A stretch of DNA of 64,000 bases from Hemiscyllium ocellatum (taxonomy: Eukaryota). Location of the stretch: positions 32,789,001-32,853,000 of the forward strand of contig NC_083421.1 of the NCBI RefSeq assembly GCF_020745735.1, read 5' to 3'. The position numbers were made by a program, and so were the translations under genes. A model generated the notes under the pieces. That model did not search any database. It saw nothing but the letters and a program-made list of their open reading frames with translations, and was not told the origin of the DNA. Shown piece after piece: positions 50,038 to 62,046 of the stretch; positions within the stretch are counted from its first letter, which is position 1; each line of letters begins with the position of its first letter.

Positions 50038-50480
50038 TTAAACAGTACCAGAAATTGCTGGAGAAACTGAGCAGGTCTGGCAGCAGAGAAAGCAGAATTA
50101 ATGTAAAGTCCAGTGACCCTTCTTTAGAGCTGATAGCAGCTAGCTGTATTTACGCTGATGACAGGAGGGAAGGCATGCAATGAAAAGGTAGAGAGAGAGC
50201 CCAGCAACAGGAAACAAAAATGTGGACAGACAAAGAATTGTTGATTGTAAGGTAGGGAAGAAAAGAAACTGGATAAATAATATGGAGCTATATGTAGGTG
50301 GGGATGGGTTGGTTGAGATGAAAGAAACCCATTTTATGACAGGAACTGGGGAATGAGAGTGGGTAATAGACATGGAAGGAGGTGTTCATGCATTAACATT
50401 ACCAAACTGAATATTGAATCCTGAAGACTCTCAGGTCCCGAAATAGAAAATCATAAACATGCTGTTTTTGCTTCCAAGTT
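50038..50480 (-). mobile_element. Old PLE 3' end (GIY-YIG C-terminus and terminal repeat)
   Basis: Minus strand ..MIFYFGT.ESSGFNIQF (cf. LIFRLGT.QP.G.N.DF); terminal gctggagaaactgagcaggtctggcagca. Confidence 0.6.
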
Positions 50481-51741
50481 GCTTGTTTGGAATGTCTGGT
50501 CAGGTGGATGCCTGAATGGTAATAAGGCAAGTTAGAGCATTAACAAGGTACTGAGCAAACAATTGACAGTCAATCAGCATCTTCCCATTGTCTTGCAAGA
50601 ATCTTGCCAAGCTGCTCATGAAAAGCTTAAAGGGTGGTACAAAGTGATCTGTCACACATTGTTGTCCGATTCTGCCACAGATCACCAGATAGACCACATC
50701 TTTCAGACTGTATAAAAATTCCATCCATTGTGTAGGCTTATGGGAAAAGGCAGCAGATTGGTAGCAAGTTAAATTACTCAAAGGGCTAGTGCAGAAATTG
50801 TGGGCTGAATGGACCCCTCCGCTGCAGCAATTCAGTGATTATCATTTTTGCAGACATCAAATTTGCAGAGTACACATCTTTTTCTGGTCCCTTCTAGTGA
50901 AATTGCTTAAGTACAGTTATGATGGACCATCATTGTGCTCTGGCATTTAAGATGACTGTAGAGAATGGAGGTGGAATAAGAATGAAAAATGTATATGTCC
51001 TACCAACTTCTTGCCACCTGAGTGGTTTGCTGCTGTTGCAATTCATGATTAAGGATTATTTCTATTTTAAACATGCTCCACAGTGCTTGCTCTCCACTGC
51101 TGGTCCCTTCACACACACTTTCTTCAGCTCAGAGGGTGGCTGATTGAATGCATTTTTGCCATGACTTTGCTGTCTGTGCATTTTCTCCAGCAAGTGATAT
51201 GCTTATTATTTATTATGGCATGATCTTGCTGACTTCCAATGACGCTGAGAGGGAGCAGAAAAAATAATGAGGGATTTTTAAGAAATATATGACCATTTTT
51301 AAGAGCAAGAGAATTAACAGATCTCACAAACTTGTCCCTTGTTCATTGATCAATGTTAGCAGCATATAACAGTGTGCCTTCTCTCTCCATTAGTGCACTG
51401 GACATTTCACAGCCTGAACAATCCATTTCAGTGCCCTTACCTGTTACCTCATTGCACTGCTCTACTATTTTTGATACCTCTGAACCACCCTTCTTGCTCA
51501 TCATTTTTAGTTTCAATCCCTGGTGTTTAATCCCTTCTCACTTTTGAAATTGTGTCCCTGAAAGGTACTCTTATAAATGAGGCTTGAAACTTGGTTAGTG
51601 TAGCAAATGATGGCAGCTGGAAGTAAATTGCTTGAGCAGTGAGATGAACTAATGGTTCTCTCAAAACACCCAACACCAACTTGTCCAAAGCTGTTCGGTC
51701 AATAACATTTACATTCCAACAACATGTCAAGATAACCTCCT

Positions 51742-52006
51742 TAGAATCATACAGTCTGGAAGCAGGCCACTCAAGTCCACACCGACCCTCTGAGGTGCAT
51801 CCCACCCTTACATTTTCCATGGCCAATCCAACTAACCTGCATATCTTTGGACTGTGAGAGGTAACTGGAGCACCCAGAGGAAATGCCACACAGACACAGG
51901 GAGAATGTGCAAACTCAACACAGACAGTCGCTCGAGGGTGGAGTCGAACCCAGATCCATGGCGCTGTGAGGCAGCAGTGCTAACCACTGAGCCACCATGT
52001 CACCCT
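51742..52006 (-). mobile_element. HE1-type V-SINE (older)
   Basis: Head, V-domain and tail present. Confidence 0.88.
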
Positions 52007-53474
52007 TAAAACGCTATTCTCTATTCCAAGAATAATAGATTGGAGTTTTTTCTTATTTTACAACTGATAGGGTTCGATACTTGTTTTCATGAAGTTTGTT
52101 AACATGGCAATTTTGTAGTTGCTTCATAATTTTTCTGTGAATTGCATTTTGAGAGAATATATTTGCTCACTTAGTATTTCTAAGGTAGAGGGATTGGGCA
52201 CGGAGTGGTTAAAAGAGAGGGAATTGATGTTACTGGTTGGTATATACATATTGTTACCTCAAAGACAACTAATCTGCCACTAACTGCACTGTCTAATCAG
52301 TATCACACATGACTGTCATTACCCGTTAGACTCTGCCTCCAAGGTGCTCTTTATGGACATATGATAATGGAAGAGAGAGGAGGGTGGACAAAAGCAATTG
52401 CTTTGCCTGTCACCTGCCATTCCAAAATGATGCAACAGCATTGTCCAGCCAACCACCCAACAGATGTAAAATATGTTGGGAAAACTGAGAAATTACAAGA
52501 AGACCAACTGTAGGAAAATATATATGAATTTCTGTATAACTCCCAAAGGTTCCAGGTGATTGTTTATGTTGACATAATTCATTACAACTAATCCTCACTT
52601 ACTTTATTTAAATTAAAACACCTTCTACTGCTAGAAACCTGTTCCATTTTGTTTTGAAAAACATGAATAGCAAATCCACATGAACCAACCATTTGACCCA
52701 CTCCCCAGAAAAAATGAAATATTTTGTCATATCTAATCCATAACTTTTTATAGTTTCATTTTTCTACCAGTCCCTGTACAGAATTTACCTTTGTCAAAGT
52801 TTTACGCAGGCGAAGCATATGACCTCAATTCGTTGAGAAAAGTCCCACTTCTCCCTGAATTTATTCTGATACAACAATGCAAAGACAATGAGCAGGAATG
52901 AGGTTGGTGAACAAATATCACCAGTCATTCATTATGATTTTGCAGTGAGTAGACAGTCTGTACGCTAAATCTGTGAGGTACCAAATTGGTACAGCTTCTG
53001 AAGGAGTAAGGCAACTTCGACAGAAACTTGCTGATTTCTATCTTTGACGGCATTTATGTGAGTGATTCTATTTACTATATAATTTACACTTTAATTATTG
53101 CAACCACAGATAGCTAACTGTTATTTTGTCCTTAACTTCTGAATATATCTATAATTCTGTGGCTTTTTCTCTCGGCATTCTTCAGGGCTTTGACATCCAC
53201 ACAAAGTTAGGAATCATAACTGAACACTGTTGTATCGATGCAGACATGTAATGGCCTTGTTTAAAACAAGTGTAATATTTCTAGTTTATTACTTAACTGC
53301 CCTCAAGCGCACCTTTACCTTACATTTACTGTCTCTATGGTATTGTAATATTGACTACAGCACTCAATTCCATTTCTTTCTTGTCCATTCTAATAGATGT
53401 TCTTGCCTTCAACCTTTCCTTATCACCAACCTACAGAGTACTTTTTCTTTGTACCTTGAAGGTTCATTCTATTA

Positions 53475-53885
53475 TAGAGTCACAGAGTCTTACAGCATAG
53501 AAAGAGGCTCTTCAGCCCACTGTGCCTATGCCTAGTCATCGAGCACCTATCAACTTTCGTCCGATTTTCCAGTCCACAAACTTATGTGTTTCGGTGTTTC
53601 AGATGTCCATGGAAATACTTCTTAAGTATTGAAATTAATCATGCCCCTGCACCCTTTCAAGCAGTGAGTTCCAGATACCCACCACCCTTGACCTGAAAAA
53701 CATCTCTCTTAATTCTCCTCTGAACCTCTTGACCCTTATCGTGTTTGTGTGCTCCCTGATTATTGATCCTGCTATTGTGGAGAAAAGTCTGTCTCTATCG
53801 ACACCCCTCACTCTTGTAAATCTCCATCAGCATCCCCCCTCTCCCCTTCCCTGCCACACCCACCAAAGGAAAGCAACTCCAACCT
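53475..53885 (-). mobile_element. Old CR1 3' portion
   Basis: tagagtcacagagtc tail; gcagtgagttccagatacccaccaccct. Confidence 0.75.
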
Positions 53886-54150
53886 AAATATTATGAACAT
53901 CACGACTAAGTTTTTTTTGTAAAATTATATTTCACTGTGCACTTTTGTTTTAATATGAGGGGCACACAATATTCACATCTAAAGTCATTCCTTTGAAAGC
54001 ATTCCCTTTTTCAGCTGAATTGTAATTGTCTCCATATACAGGCTTCGCCAAAACTCAACAGTTTTACTGACAGGCTTCCAGTGGCTTGATTACATTTGAA
54101 AGTGGAAATTTAAGGACGCAAATTGGATTTTGTATTGTCATTTATTTAAA

Positions 54151-54445
54151 GGGTGGCATGGTGGGCTCAGTTTGCACTGAGCACTGATTAGCACTGCTGC
54201 CTCAGAGGGACTGTCTGTGTGGAGTTTGCACATTCTCTTTGTGTCTGCATGGGTTTCCTCTGGGTGCTCCAGTTTCATCCCAAAAGCCAAAGATGTGCAG
54301 GTCAGGTGGATTGCCCATGCTAAAATGCCATAATGTTAGGTGTATTAGTCAGAAAGAAATGGGTCTGGGTTGGTTACTCTTTGGAGGGTCGGTGTGGACT
54401 TCTTGAGCCAAGTGGCATGTTTTCACACCGTAAGGAATCTAATCA
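54151..54445 (+). mobile_element. HE1-type V-SINE
   Basis: V-domain and tail present; head rearranged. Confidence 0.85.
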
Positions 54446-56422
54446 AATTTGAAGACAGCTCAAAATGTTATGATACTTAACCTCAATCAATGAGACTAAT
54501 CATACATATTTGCCCAATGCTTACTTTCCTCTACTTGAAGAGGGTGAAAATATAAATGGAAAAGATCCACTGGAATATGTAGCTTCTGATATGTGACACA
54601 GTGCTAATCATATTGCAAAAATACATGGCTTCAATATTCTTTAAAAAGATCGACTTAGTGTGGAGTATGCCAAAATTGTGCATTTTCTTGTATTTCTTTA
54701 GTTCTCACCATTAACAATCTGTTTCTTTCCTATGTCTGATGTTGTTCTGTACTGTTTGAATATTGTATAAACCCTGTTGAGTGAGGTGCATTCAGATTAA
54801 TTTACCATTCCCAGCAACTACAAAATAGGAGATTAAAAAATTACAATTCCATTTTGAGTAATATCCTCAGAGAATGCTTCAATAAATCAGAGAGTAGGCA
54901 TCGTGCATTGCAGAACATTCCAAAAAAAAATCTTTTCACTGGAGAAAGATTTATGTGAATATATTTTGGATAGTTAGTAGTTGGCAGCATGATATTTTGC
55001 ATTCTACGTATGCATCCTGCAATGACTAAGAGACAGTTGAAGCTGATGTGATGAAGAGTAGGAGTTGGAAAGGAAATATGCAATTTAATCAGGAAATAAC
55101 AACATACTTTCAGAAAAGCACAATATTTTGAAATTTCCTCCAGTCTTTAGACTTGTGAGCCATCCATGTTCCCACCTTTAACTCTACTTGACAGGGTTGA
55201 CTTTACCAGTAAATCTCCAGGCAAAGACACTATATGTTCTTTCACCAAAGGGGGCTGAGGATGATCATACTATATGAAAAACCTGCCCTTGTCAGACATT
55301 TGTACCAGTTGACAGCTCTGCTGTGCCTGTTTTGAGGTACGTGTAAGTCTCTGTACCAAATATTACAGGCACTGTATCCCTTTCTCATCTTCGATGCAAC
55401 CATGTATTGGACAAGGAAATCACTGAAAGTATTTAAATTAAGCATTTGGTCAGTCATAACAAAGTGTCAGCAATCAGATGCCCAAATAAACAGTGCATAT
55501 ATTCCCAACAGGGCTTTGGCAATGATCTTTACAAGGCTGAAACAGTTTGTTTTGGCTGAAGGTCAAATATACTTGAGATGTATCAAACAGGTATTTGATT
55601 GGCTTTGTTGATGACAGCTTTGTATACTGTCTGAGAATTCAGGTGGTATTTACACTTCAAAAAGAACATCACTGTGAAGTAAAATCACATGTCACATTGT
55701 ATTTCTTGAATGAATGTATGTTTCCTGATGTAAGGAAGAGGATGTGGGCGTTTAGGTTTCATTGGATGGGTGCAAGTGGAATTATGCTGGTGAAAGAAAA
55801 GGGAATAAGATAGCAACTCAATGCAACATCAGGTGCTTCAGTATTTATTCAGCAGTCTGTTACCAGAGCATTTGCAATAGGCAGCATTATCTGCTAGCAA
55901 ACTCAAAATTGCATTGAATTAATGTTTCACTCATTGTTGTCTTAGTACTTGAATGAAATTTGACTGACATGTGGGTAGCAAAACAGTAAGGGGATAAAGA
56001 AACCTGAAGAATATAACACATGGGGTTTTTGCGTCATTCATTTATTTTGTTAAGAATAGTTATTTTGTCATTCTTGTGAAAATGCATTTGACAATTTACT
56101 AATCTTAGTGTTCCAGTAGACAAAACAACCGAAAGCATGTTTTCAACTAGAATGTCTTTACTTTGCAGTGTCTTCATACTTGTTTTTCACTCTGAAACTT
56201 TCAAGAAGATGATGTTATAGTGAAAGCGTCAAACTGACTTGTAACTATTGTTTTTGTTGCTTGCAAAAAGCTTTTAGTTCATTGCATTTTTAAAGAGACT
56301 TGACCGTGTTTACTATCTTGTAGGCATCTCTTTCTGACACATTTCCAAGTTAAAGTGAGGATAGTGGCGTTTTGGCCTTCTGTGATACTATGTCAGGTTT
56401 ACAATCTAGAGTAATATATAAT

Positions 56423-56530
56423 TCAAAACCAAAAAAAACCCCTGCAAATATTCAGCAAGTTTAGCAGCATCTGTTCAGTGAAGCCAAGTTGACCATTCAA
56501 CTTGAGATGACCTGTCATCAGAAATTGCAG
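56423..56530 (-). mobile_element. Decayed PLE terminus
   Basis: ttcagcaagtttagcagcatctg...gatgacctgtcatcagaa (ctgatga on the minus strand). Confidence 0.45.
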
Positions 56531-56825
56531 GAAGCAATTTGTTAACAAGTTCTACAACTAAGATCAGATGAGTCTATAAATGTAAAAATATGGTCTGTCA
56601 GATGAGAAATTGTATGATGTATTTCAAAAATCATTTCAAAGTTTATCATTTCCTTTTGAAAAAAAAGTACTTTGGTCAAATGAGATGAATACTTCACAAG
56701 AAAGATTGTTGAGTGGAATCTTCTAGCTCTTGAATGATGTGGGCTCTTGTGAGAAATTCAGGAAAATTGGGTGGGATGGCCCTTTTTGGTGTCAAGACTT
56801 AAAAAAAAAAATTTTTCCAACCAAG

Positions 56826-57103
56826 TTGAGAGGGGAAAGATTTAAGAGGGACCTACTGGGCAACTTTTTCATGCAGAGGGTAGGGCATGTATGGAATGAG
56901 CTGCCAGAGGAAGTGGTAGAGGCAGGTATAATTACAACAGTTAAAAGGCATTTGGATGGATACATGAATTAGAAGGGTTGAGAGCAATGTGGGCCAAATG
57001 CTGGCAGGTGGGACTAGATTAATGGAAAATATCTGGTCGGCATGGATGAGTTGGACTGAAGGGTCAGTTTCCATGCTGTATATCTCTAAAATTCGATGAC
57101 TCA
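56826..57103 (+). mobile_element. CR1 (HER1-like) 3' end
   Basis: RGERFKRDLLGNFFMQRVGHVWNELPEEVVEAG. Confidence 0.92.
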
Positions 57104-57337
57104 TTGATTGGACATTGAGATGCGATTTTCACTAGTAAGTAGCAAGAGACTTCTAATGGGGGTTTTCACTCATTCTTCCCTCATTATTACTTAATCTCAT
57201 CTCATTAATATGCAGTCTGTAACTCTACCACCAACTGGATAGAATCCAGGTGCCAACAATTCCTGAAATGAACGTCAGGGCAGTTATCTAGTGACTGCAG
57301 CTCACCACTTGCTCCTCTGGACCTCCATCTTGGTCAC

Positions 57338-57838
57338 TGTTAGAAATGAAAATTCACTTCTAAATAATCGCTCTGGACAAATTCAAGAGAACAAAGATTT
57401 TATTAACAAATTCTGCAGAATTGGACGCCTTCCCAAAGAAAAGCGTACCCAAGCATTACAGCGATCTTTCTTATATAGCAATTTAGAGCCTCCCCTATGG
57501 CCCCTAGAGGTCACGAGGGTCATTGCTTTACAATGATCTCATTTCTTACAGAGAAAGCATATGATCATGTCCTCATTGTCTCGAACTCCAGCCGCATAAC
57601 CCACTTCCCTGTCTAATGATATTTTCAGCCCTTGAACTTAGCAACCGTCTCGCACCTTGTACTCTTATCTGGTTGTTTTTGCACCATATTAGCAGAAGTA
57701 TTGTCTCGCTCAAGGTTTCGTTATTTTGCAAAGCTGACCCCTTGCCCTCAGCTAGCTTGTTTTTCTTACTAACTGCTTACATTGCAATACTGATCGTTAG
57801 AAGATCAATCTTTACGTAAATTAGCCCAAACATTAACA
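57338..57838 (-). mobile_element. Possible solo LTR (~500 bp)
   Basis: TGTTA...TAACA termini; minus-strand TATATAA (~57470) about 70 nt upstream of AATAAA (~57400); CpG-richer than flanks; no clean TSD. Confidence 0.45.
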
Positions 57839-57999
57839 TTTCCTTAAAATAAAACAGCCAGTATATATAAAATAAAGTAGCAAGACATACCACATATTTA
57901 GTTTGGTTGTATATTAAATGTCTAGGGTACTATGCACATCTTAATAGCTTCTTGTTGCATAATAAAGCAAATCTAAATCTCACAGTCACCAAGTACAAC

Positions 58000-58330
58000 A
58001 ATTTCAGGGCACGTTCTACAGGGAGAGACTGCAGCACCGTACGTATTCAGATAATGGTGTCTGCCATGTACCAGTCTACCTGCATCATTACCTGCAATTC
58101 ACTTGCAGTCAGTTTTTGCATTCCAGTGCTGCTTGTTGGAGACCACTGACACTCACCATTAGAATGCTACTGCAAGGACACTTTGCAAGCAGAGACAGGC
58201 AAGCAGCTCATGAATTTGACCAGGATGCACCGGGGCAGTCCTTGCTTGCTCGTTTAATGCCCACCCTCTTTGAGCCACTTGGATGCTCTCGGCTTTGCCT
58301 TGCCCTTTTGTGGTGCGCCCCCTCAGCTGG
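58000..58330 (+). pseudogene. Possible Harbinger transposase fossil
   Basis: FRARSTGRDCSTVRI (cf. FP.VQGAIDCTHV.I), IPVLLVGDH (INVQLVCDH), LMPTLFEP. Confidence 0.35.
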
Positions 58331-58361
58331 AACAAACAAGCTGACATTCTTCTGACTTGGC

Positions 58362-58489
58362 GAAAGTGGATTCTGCAGATGTTGGAGGTTAGAATGGCTT
58401 CCTGATGAAGGGCTTTTGCCCGAAACATTGATTCTCCTGCTCCTTGGATACTGCCTGACCTGCTGTGCTTTTCCAGCACCATACTTCCA
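58362..58489. mobile_element. Minimal PLE insertion: inverted tail plus one HHR-bearing arm
   Basis: gaaagtggattctgcagatgttgga (inverted tail), then CTGATGA-agggcttttgccc-GAAACATT; TSD acttggc at 58355-58361 and 58490-58496. Confidence 0.8.
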
Positions 58490-58799
58490 ACTTGGCTTTC
58501 CATGAATCTCAAGTCCTGACCACCACCATGTAAGTTCTCGAGAGCTACAGGATATGCTTATCCCTGTAGTGGAGACAGCTCGGTTAGGTGTGCTGGGTTC
58601 AGGGACACGACCTGTCTCCACCAACATCCTTAACCAGGGCTGTTTAATGTTTGGGAGTTGAGAATCCGAGATTAAGATCCTAACTGAGACTGTCACTGAT
58701 TCACAAAGCATCCTCTACTCTGAAAATTCAACCTAAAATGAGGAGAGCATAAGTATAAACTGAACAAATGCTTGAGGGATATTTCACACTACCCCATCA

Positions 58800-59222
58800 C
58801 TAAGAGTGAAGGGTTTGGATAGACTGGGACTTTTTTCACTGGAATGTAGGACATTGAGGGGTGACCTTATACAGGTTTATAAAATCATGAGGGGCATAGA
58901 TAAGGTGAATAGCAAAGCTATTATCCCTGGGGTAGGGGAGTTCAAAATTAGAGGGCATGATTTAAAGTGAGAGGCAAAAGATTTAAAAGGGACCTGAGGG
59001 GTTAGGTTGTCAACAGAGGATGGTTCATATGTGCAATGAATTACTTGAGGAAGTGGTAGATGCAGGTAAAGTTACAATATTTAAAATGCATTTGAACAGG
59101 TACCTGAATAGAAAAGGCTGAGCGAAATATGGGCTAAATACAGGCAAATGGGACGAGTTCAGTTTAAAAACCTGGTCGTCATGGATGAAGGGTCTGTTTC
59201 TGTGCTGTATGACTCTCTGACA
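58800..59222 (+). mobile_element. CR1 3' portion
   Basis: ttggatagactgggactttttt...gaggggtgacctt...gtctgtttctgtgctgtatgactct. Confidence 0.9.
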
Positions 59223-59934
59223 CAGAGGAATATCTCAGAAAAAATATATATATGAGTAAGTTTCAAGCCCAAGAGCGTGTATTGCTCACTTTACAGTAGC
59301 TTTGAGAATAAACCAAGTTTTGGACATGAATTTCAAACAAATAGCACTTTGAAAATAATTACAGATTGCGTAATGTTGTAGCCAGATGAAGAGACAAGAG
59401 CTTTTGTGACAGGAAACAGTAGAGATTTTTTTATGATGCAGAAGGCAGCTACAAAGACAGCCAGAAACCCTCCTTGCTACCAACAGTGCTTCAGATAATG
59501 TGAGAGAATCAGACGTGTCATTCATACGGCGAAAAGAAATTGGAACCAAATTGGTCAGTAACCCATGATAGAATGTGAGAAATGTGATAAAACCAATTGT
59601 GGATCATGTTGTTTAAAACTGTTGTCATTGGGAGATATAATGAAAGTGCATGCCCTTGATTGAAAATAAGTGGAAACCAACATGAGTTCAGTGAGAAAAA
59701 ATGATGACTGGACTTGATGTATTATAAACACAGTTGATCATTTGAAGAGCAACAGGCAACGTTGAAAAGATTTCAAAAGGTATTTTTGTTTTCAAAACAA
59801 AACAGCCAAAATCAGACGCAAATTGATGCAAATGAACAAAAGCTAAAATTATCAATACTGACTTGACCAGCAAGACTGACTAGCAGGACTTGACCAGTGA
59901 TTTGGTTGTTTTGATTTATAGTGAACTAAAAGAT

Positions 59935-60035
59935 AAGAAGAAAAGGTGTTTACATCTGGACAGCATCTTTCATGACCCCAGGGTACTCTAAAGCACCTTA
60001 CATCCAATGAAGTGTTTTCAAAGTGCAGGCACTAT
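59935..60035 (-). mobile_element. Deu-domain SINE 3' end, interrupted by the composite element
   Basis: ctttcatgacccca...aaagcaccttacatccaatgaagtgttttcaaagtg matches the recalled DeuSINE tail (reverse). Confidence 0.55.
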
Positions 60036-60319
60036 TAGAATAGAATAGAATAGAATAGAATAGAATAGCTTTCATTGTCATGTGCAGTTGAATGAGTGCA
60101 GTGAAAAATTTGTAATGTCACCACTTTGACACTGTCTGAGGTACTGGGTACCAAGGTACAGATACTGGAAGTGTTTGTGACAGAATTGAAAGAGTAAAAA
60201 ATAAGTCGAGCGTAGGAATGCAATGTTTTAAAAAGTATTCAAGTTATAATCCTTTTTACTGAGTCTGTGTCCCGAGGCTTCAGAACTCAAGGCCTCGCTG
60301 CTTCCATGCGTCAGCCTCC

Positions 60320-61069
60320 GGCCTGGGACTTATCCCTGGGACTTGTATCCGGGACTCGCCTCCCAGGCCGACCTAGGCTCGGACTGCCTCCCGCTCCAGG
60401 TTTCAGTCTGGGACTTGCCTCTGGGACTCACCTCTGGGACTACTCTCCCAGGCTGGCCTGGCTTGGACTGGCTCCTGCTGTGGCTCCAGCCCACGACTCA
60501 CCTCCAGAACGCACCTCCAGGACTTGTCTCCCAGGCCAACCTGGGCTTGGACTGCCTCCTGCTCCAGGATCCGGGCTCCAGCTCGCGACTTACGTCCGGG
60601 ACTCATCTCCTAGGCCAACCTGGGCTCAGACTGCCTCCCTCTCCAGGCTCTGGTGCACGGCTCACCTTCAGGACTCATCTCTAGGACTTATATCCAAAGG
60701 CGGTCTGGGCTCGCACCACCTCCTACTCTGGGTTCCAGCCCGTTACTTACTTCCGGGACTCATCTCCCAGGCCGGCCTGGACTCGGACTGCCTCCTGCTC
60801 TGGGCTCCAGCCCGCAACTCACCTTCAGAACTCACCTCCAGGACTCGTTTCCTGTGCCGGCCTGGGCTTGGGCTGTCTCCCGCTCCGGGCTCTGGTTTGC
60901 AATTCACCTTCGACACTCACCTTCAGCACTCACCTCCGGACTCGTCTCCCACACCAGTCTGGGCTCGGGCTGCCTCCTGCTCCAGGCTCCGGTCTGGGAC
61001 TTACCCCAGGAATCACCCCTGGTACTCATCTCCTGTGCTGGCATGGTCTCTGACTCACCTCCCACACTG
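60320..61069. repeat. Modular GC-rich minisatellite: ~9 units of 73-97 bp = core + variable number of ~13-bp ggactcacctcc(a/g) subunits
   Basis: Anchor tcccaggccg-like at ~60361, 60446, 60529, 60607, 60692, 60765, 60850, 60947 and 61031. Confidence 0.9.
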
Positions 61070-62046
61070 CTGAAAAATGAGTTGCTGGAAAAGCGCAGCA
61101 GGTCAGGCAGCATCCAAGGAGCAGGAGAATTGACGTTTCGGGCATAAGCTGTCCTTCAGGAATGAGGAAGGTGTGCCAAGCAGGCTAAGATAAAAGGTAG
61201 GGAGGAGGGACTTGGGGGAGGGGCGTTGGGAATGCAATAAGTGAAAGAAGGTTAAGCTGAGGGTGATAGGCTGGAGAGGGGGTGGAGGCGGAGAGGTCGG
61301 GAAGAAGATTGCAGGCCAAGAAGGCGGTGCTGAGTCCGAGGGTTGGGACTGAGATAAGGTGGGGGGAGGAGAAATGAGGAAGCTGGAGAAATCTGCATTC
61401 ATCCCTTGTGGTTGGAGGGTTCTTAGGCGGAAGATGAGGTACTCTTCCTCCAGGCATCGTGTTGCCATGGTCTGGCGATGGAGGAGGCCAAGGACCAGCA
61501 TGTCCTTGGTGGAGTGGGAGGGGAAGTTAAAATGTTCAGCCATGGGGCGGTTGGGTTGGTTGGTGTGGGTGTCCCAGAGGTGTTCTCTGAAATGTTCCAC
61601 AAGTAGGCGGCCTATCTCCCCAATGTAGAGGAGGCCAGATTGGGTGCACTGGATGCAGTAAAATATGTGGAGGTGCAGGTGAATTTGTGACGGATATGAA
61701 AGGATCCCTTGGGGCCTTGGAGGGAAGTGAGGGGGGAGGTGTGGGCGCAAGTTTTGCATTTCTTGCGGTTGCAGGGGAAGGTGCCGGAAGTGGAGGTTGG
61801 GTTGGTGGGGGGTGTGGACCTGACGAGGGAGTCGCAGAGGGAGTGGTCTTTCCGGAACGCCCCTCCCCCAAGTCCCTCCTCCCTACCTTTTATCTTAACC
61901 CGCTTGACACACCTACCTCATTCCTGAAGAAGGGTTATGCCCGAAACGTTGATTCTCCTGTTCCTTGGATGCTGCCTGACCTGCTGCGCTTTTCCAGCAA
62001 CACATTTTTCAGCTCTGATCTCCAGCATCTGCAGTCCTCACTTTCT
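61070..62046 (-). mobile_element. Penelope-like element with inversion (GIY-YIG arm minus 61070-61860; inverted terminal arm plus ~61857-62046)
   Basis: IFYCIQCTQSGLLYIGEIGR..EHFREH...EEEYLIFRLRTLQPQGMN; HHR at 61924-61950 (+); TSD ctcacctcccacactg at 61054-61069 and 62047-62062. Confidence 0.93.

Noticed and set aside
60267-61147. 268-aa and 164-aa ORFs over the GC-rich repeat
   Set aside because: Low-complexity read-through of a stop-poor VNTR. Most unit lengths are not multiples of three, so the peptide changes frame between units; no domain is recognisable.
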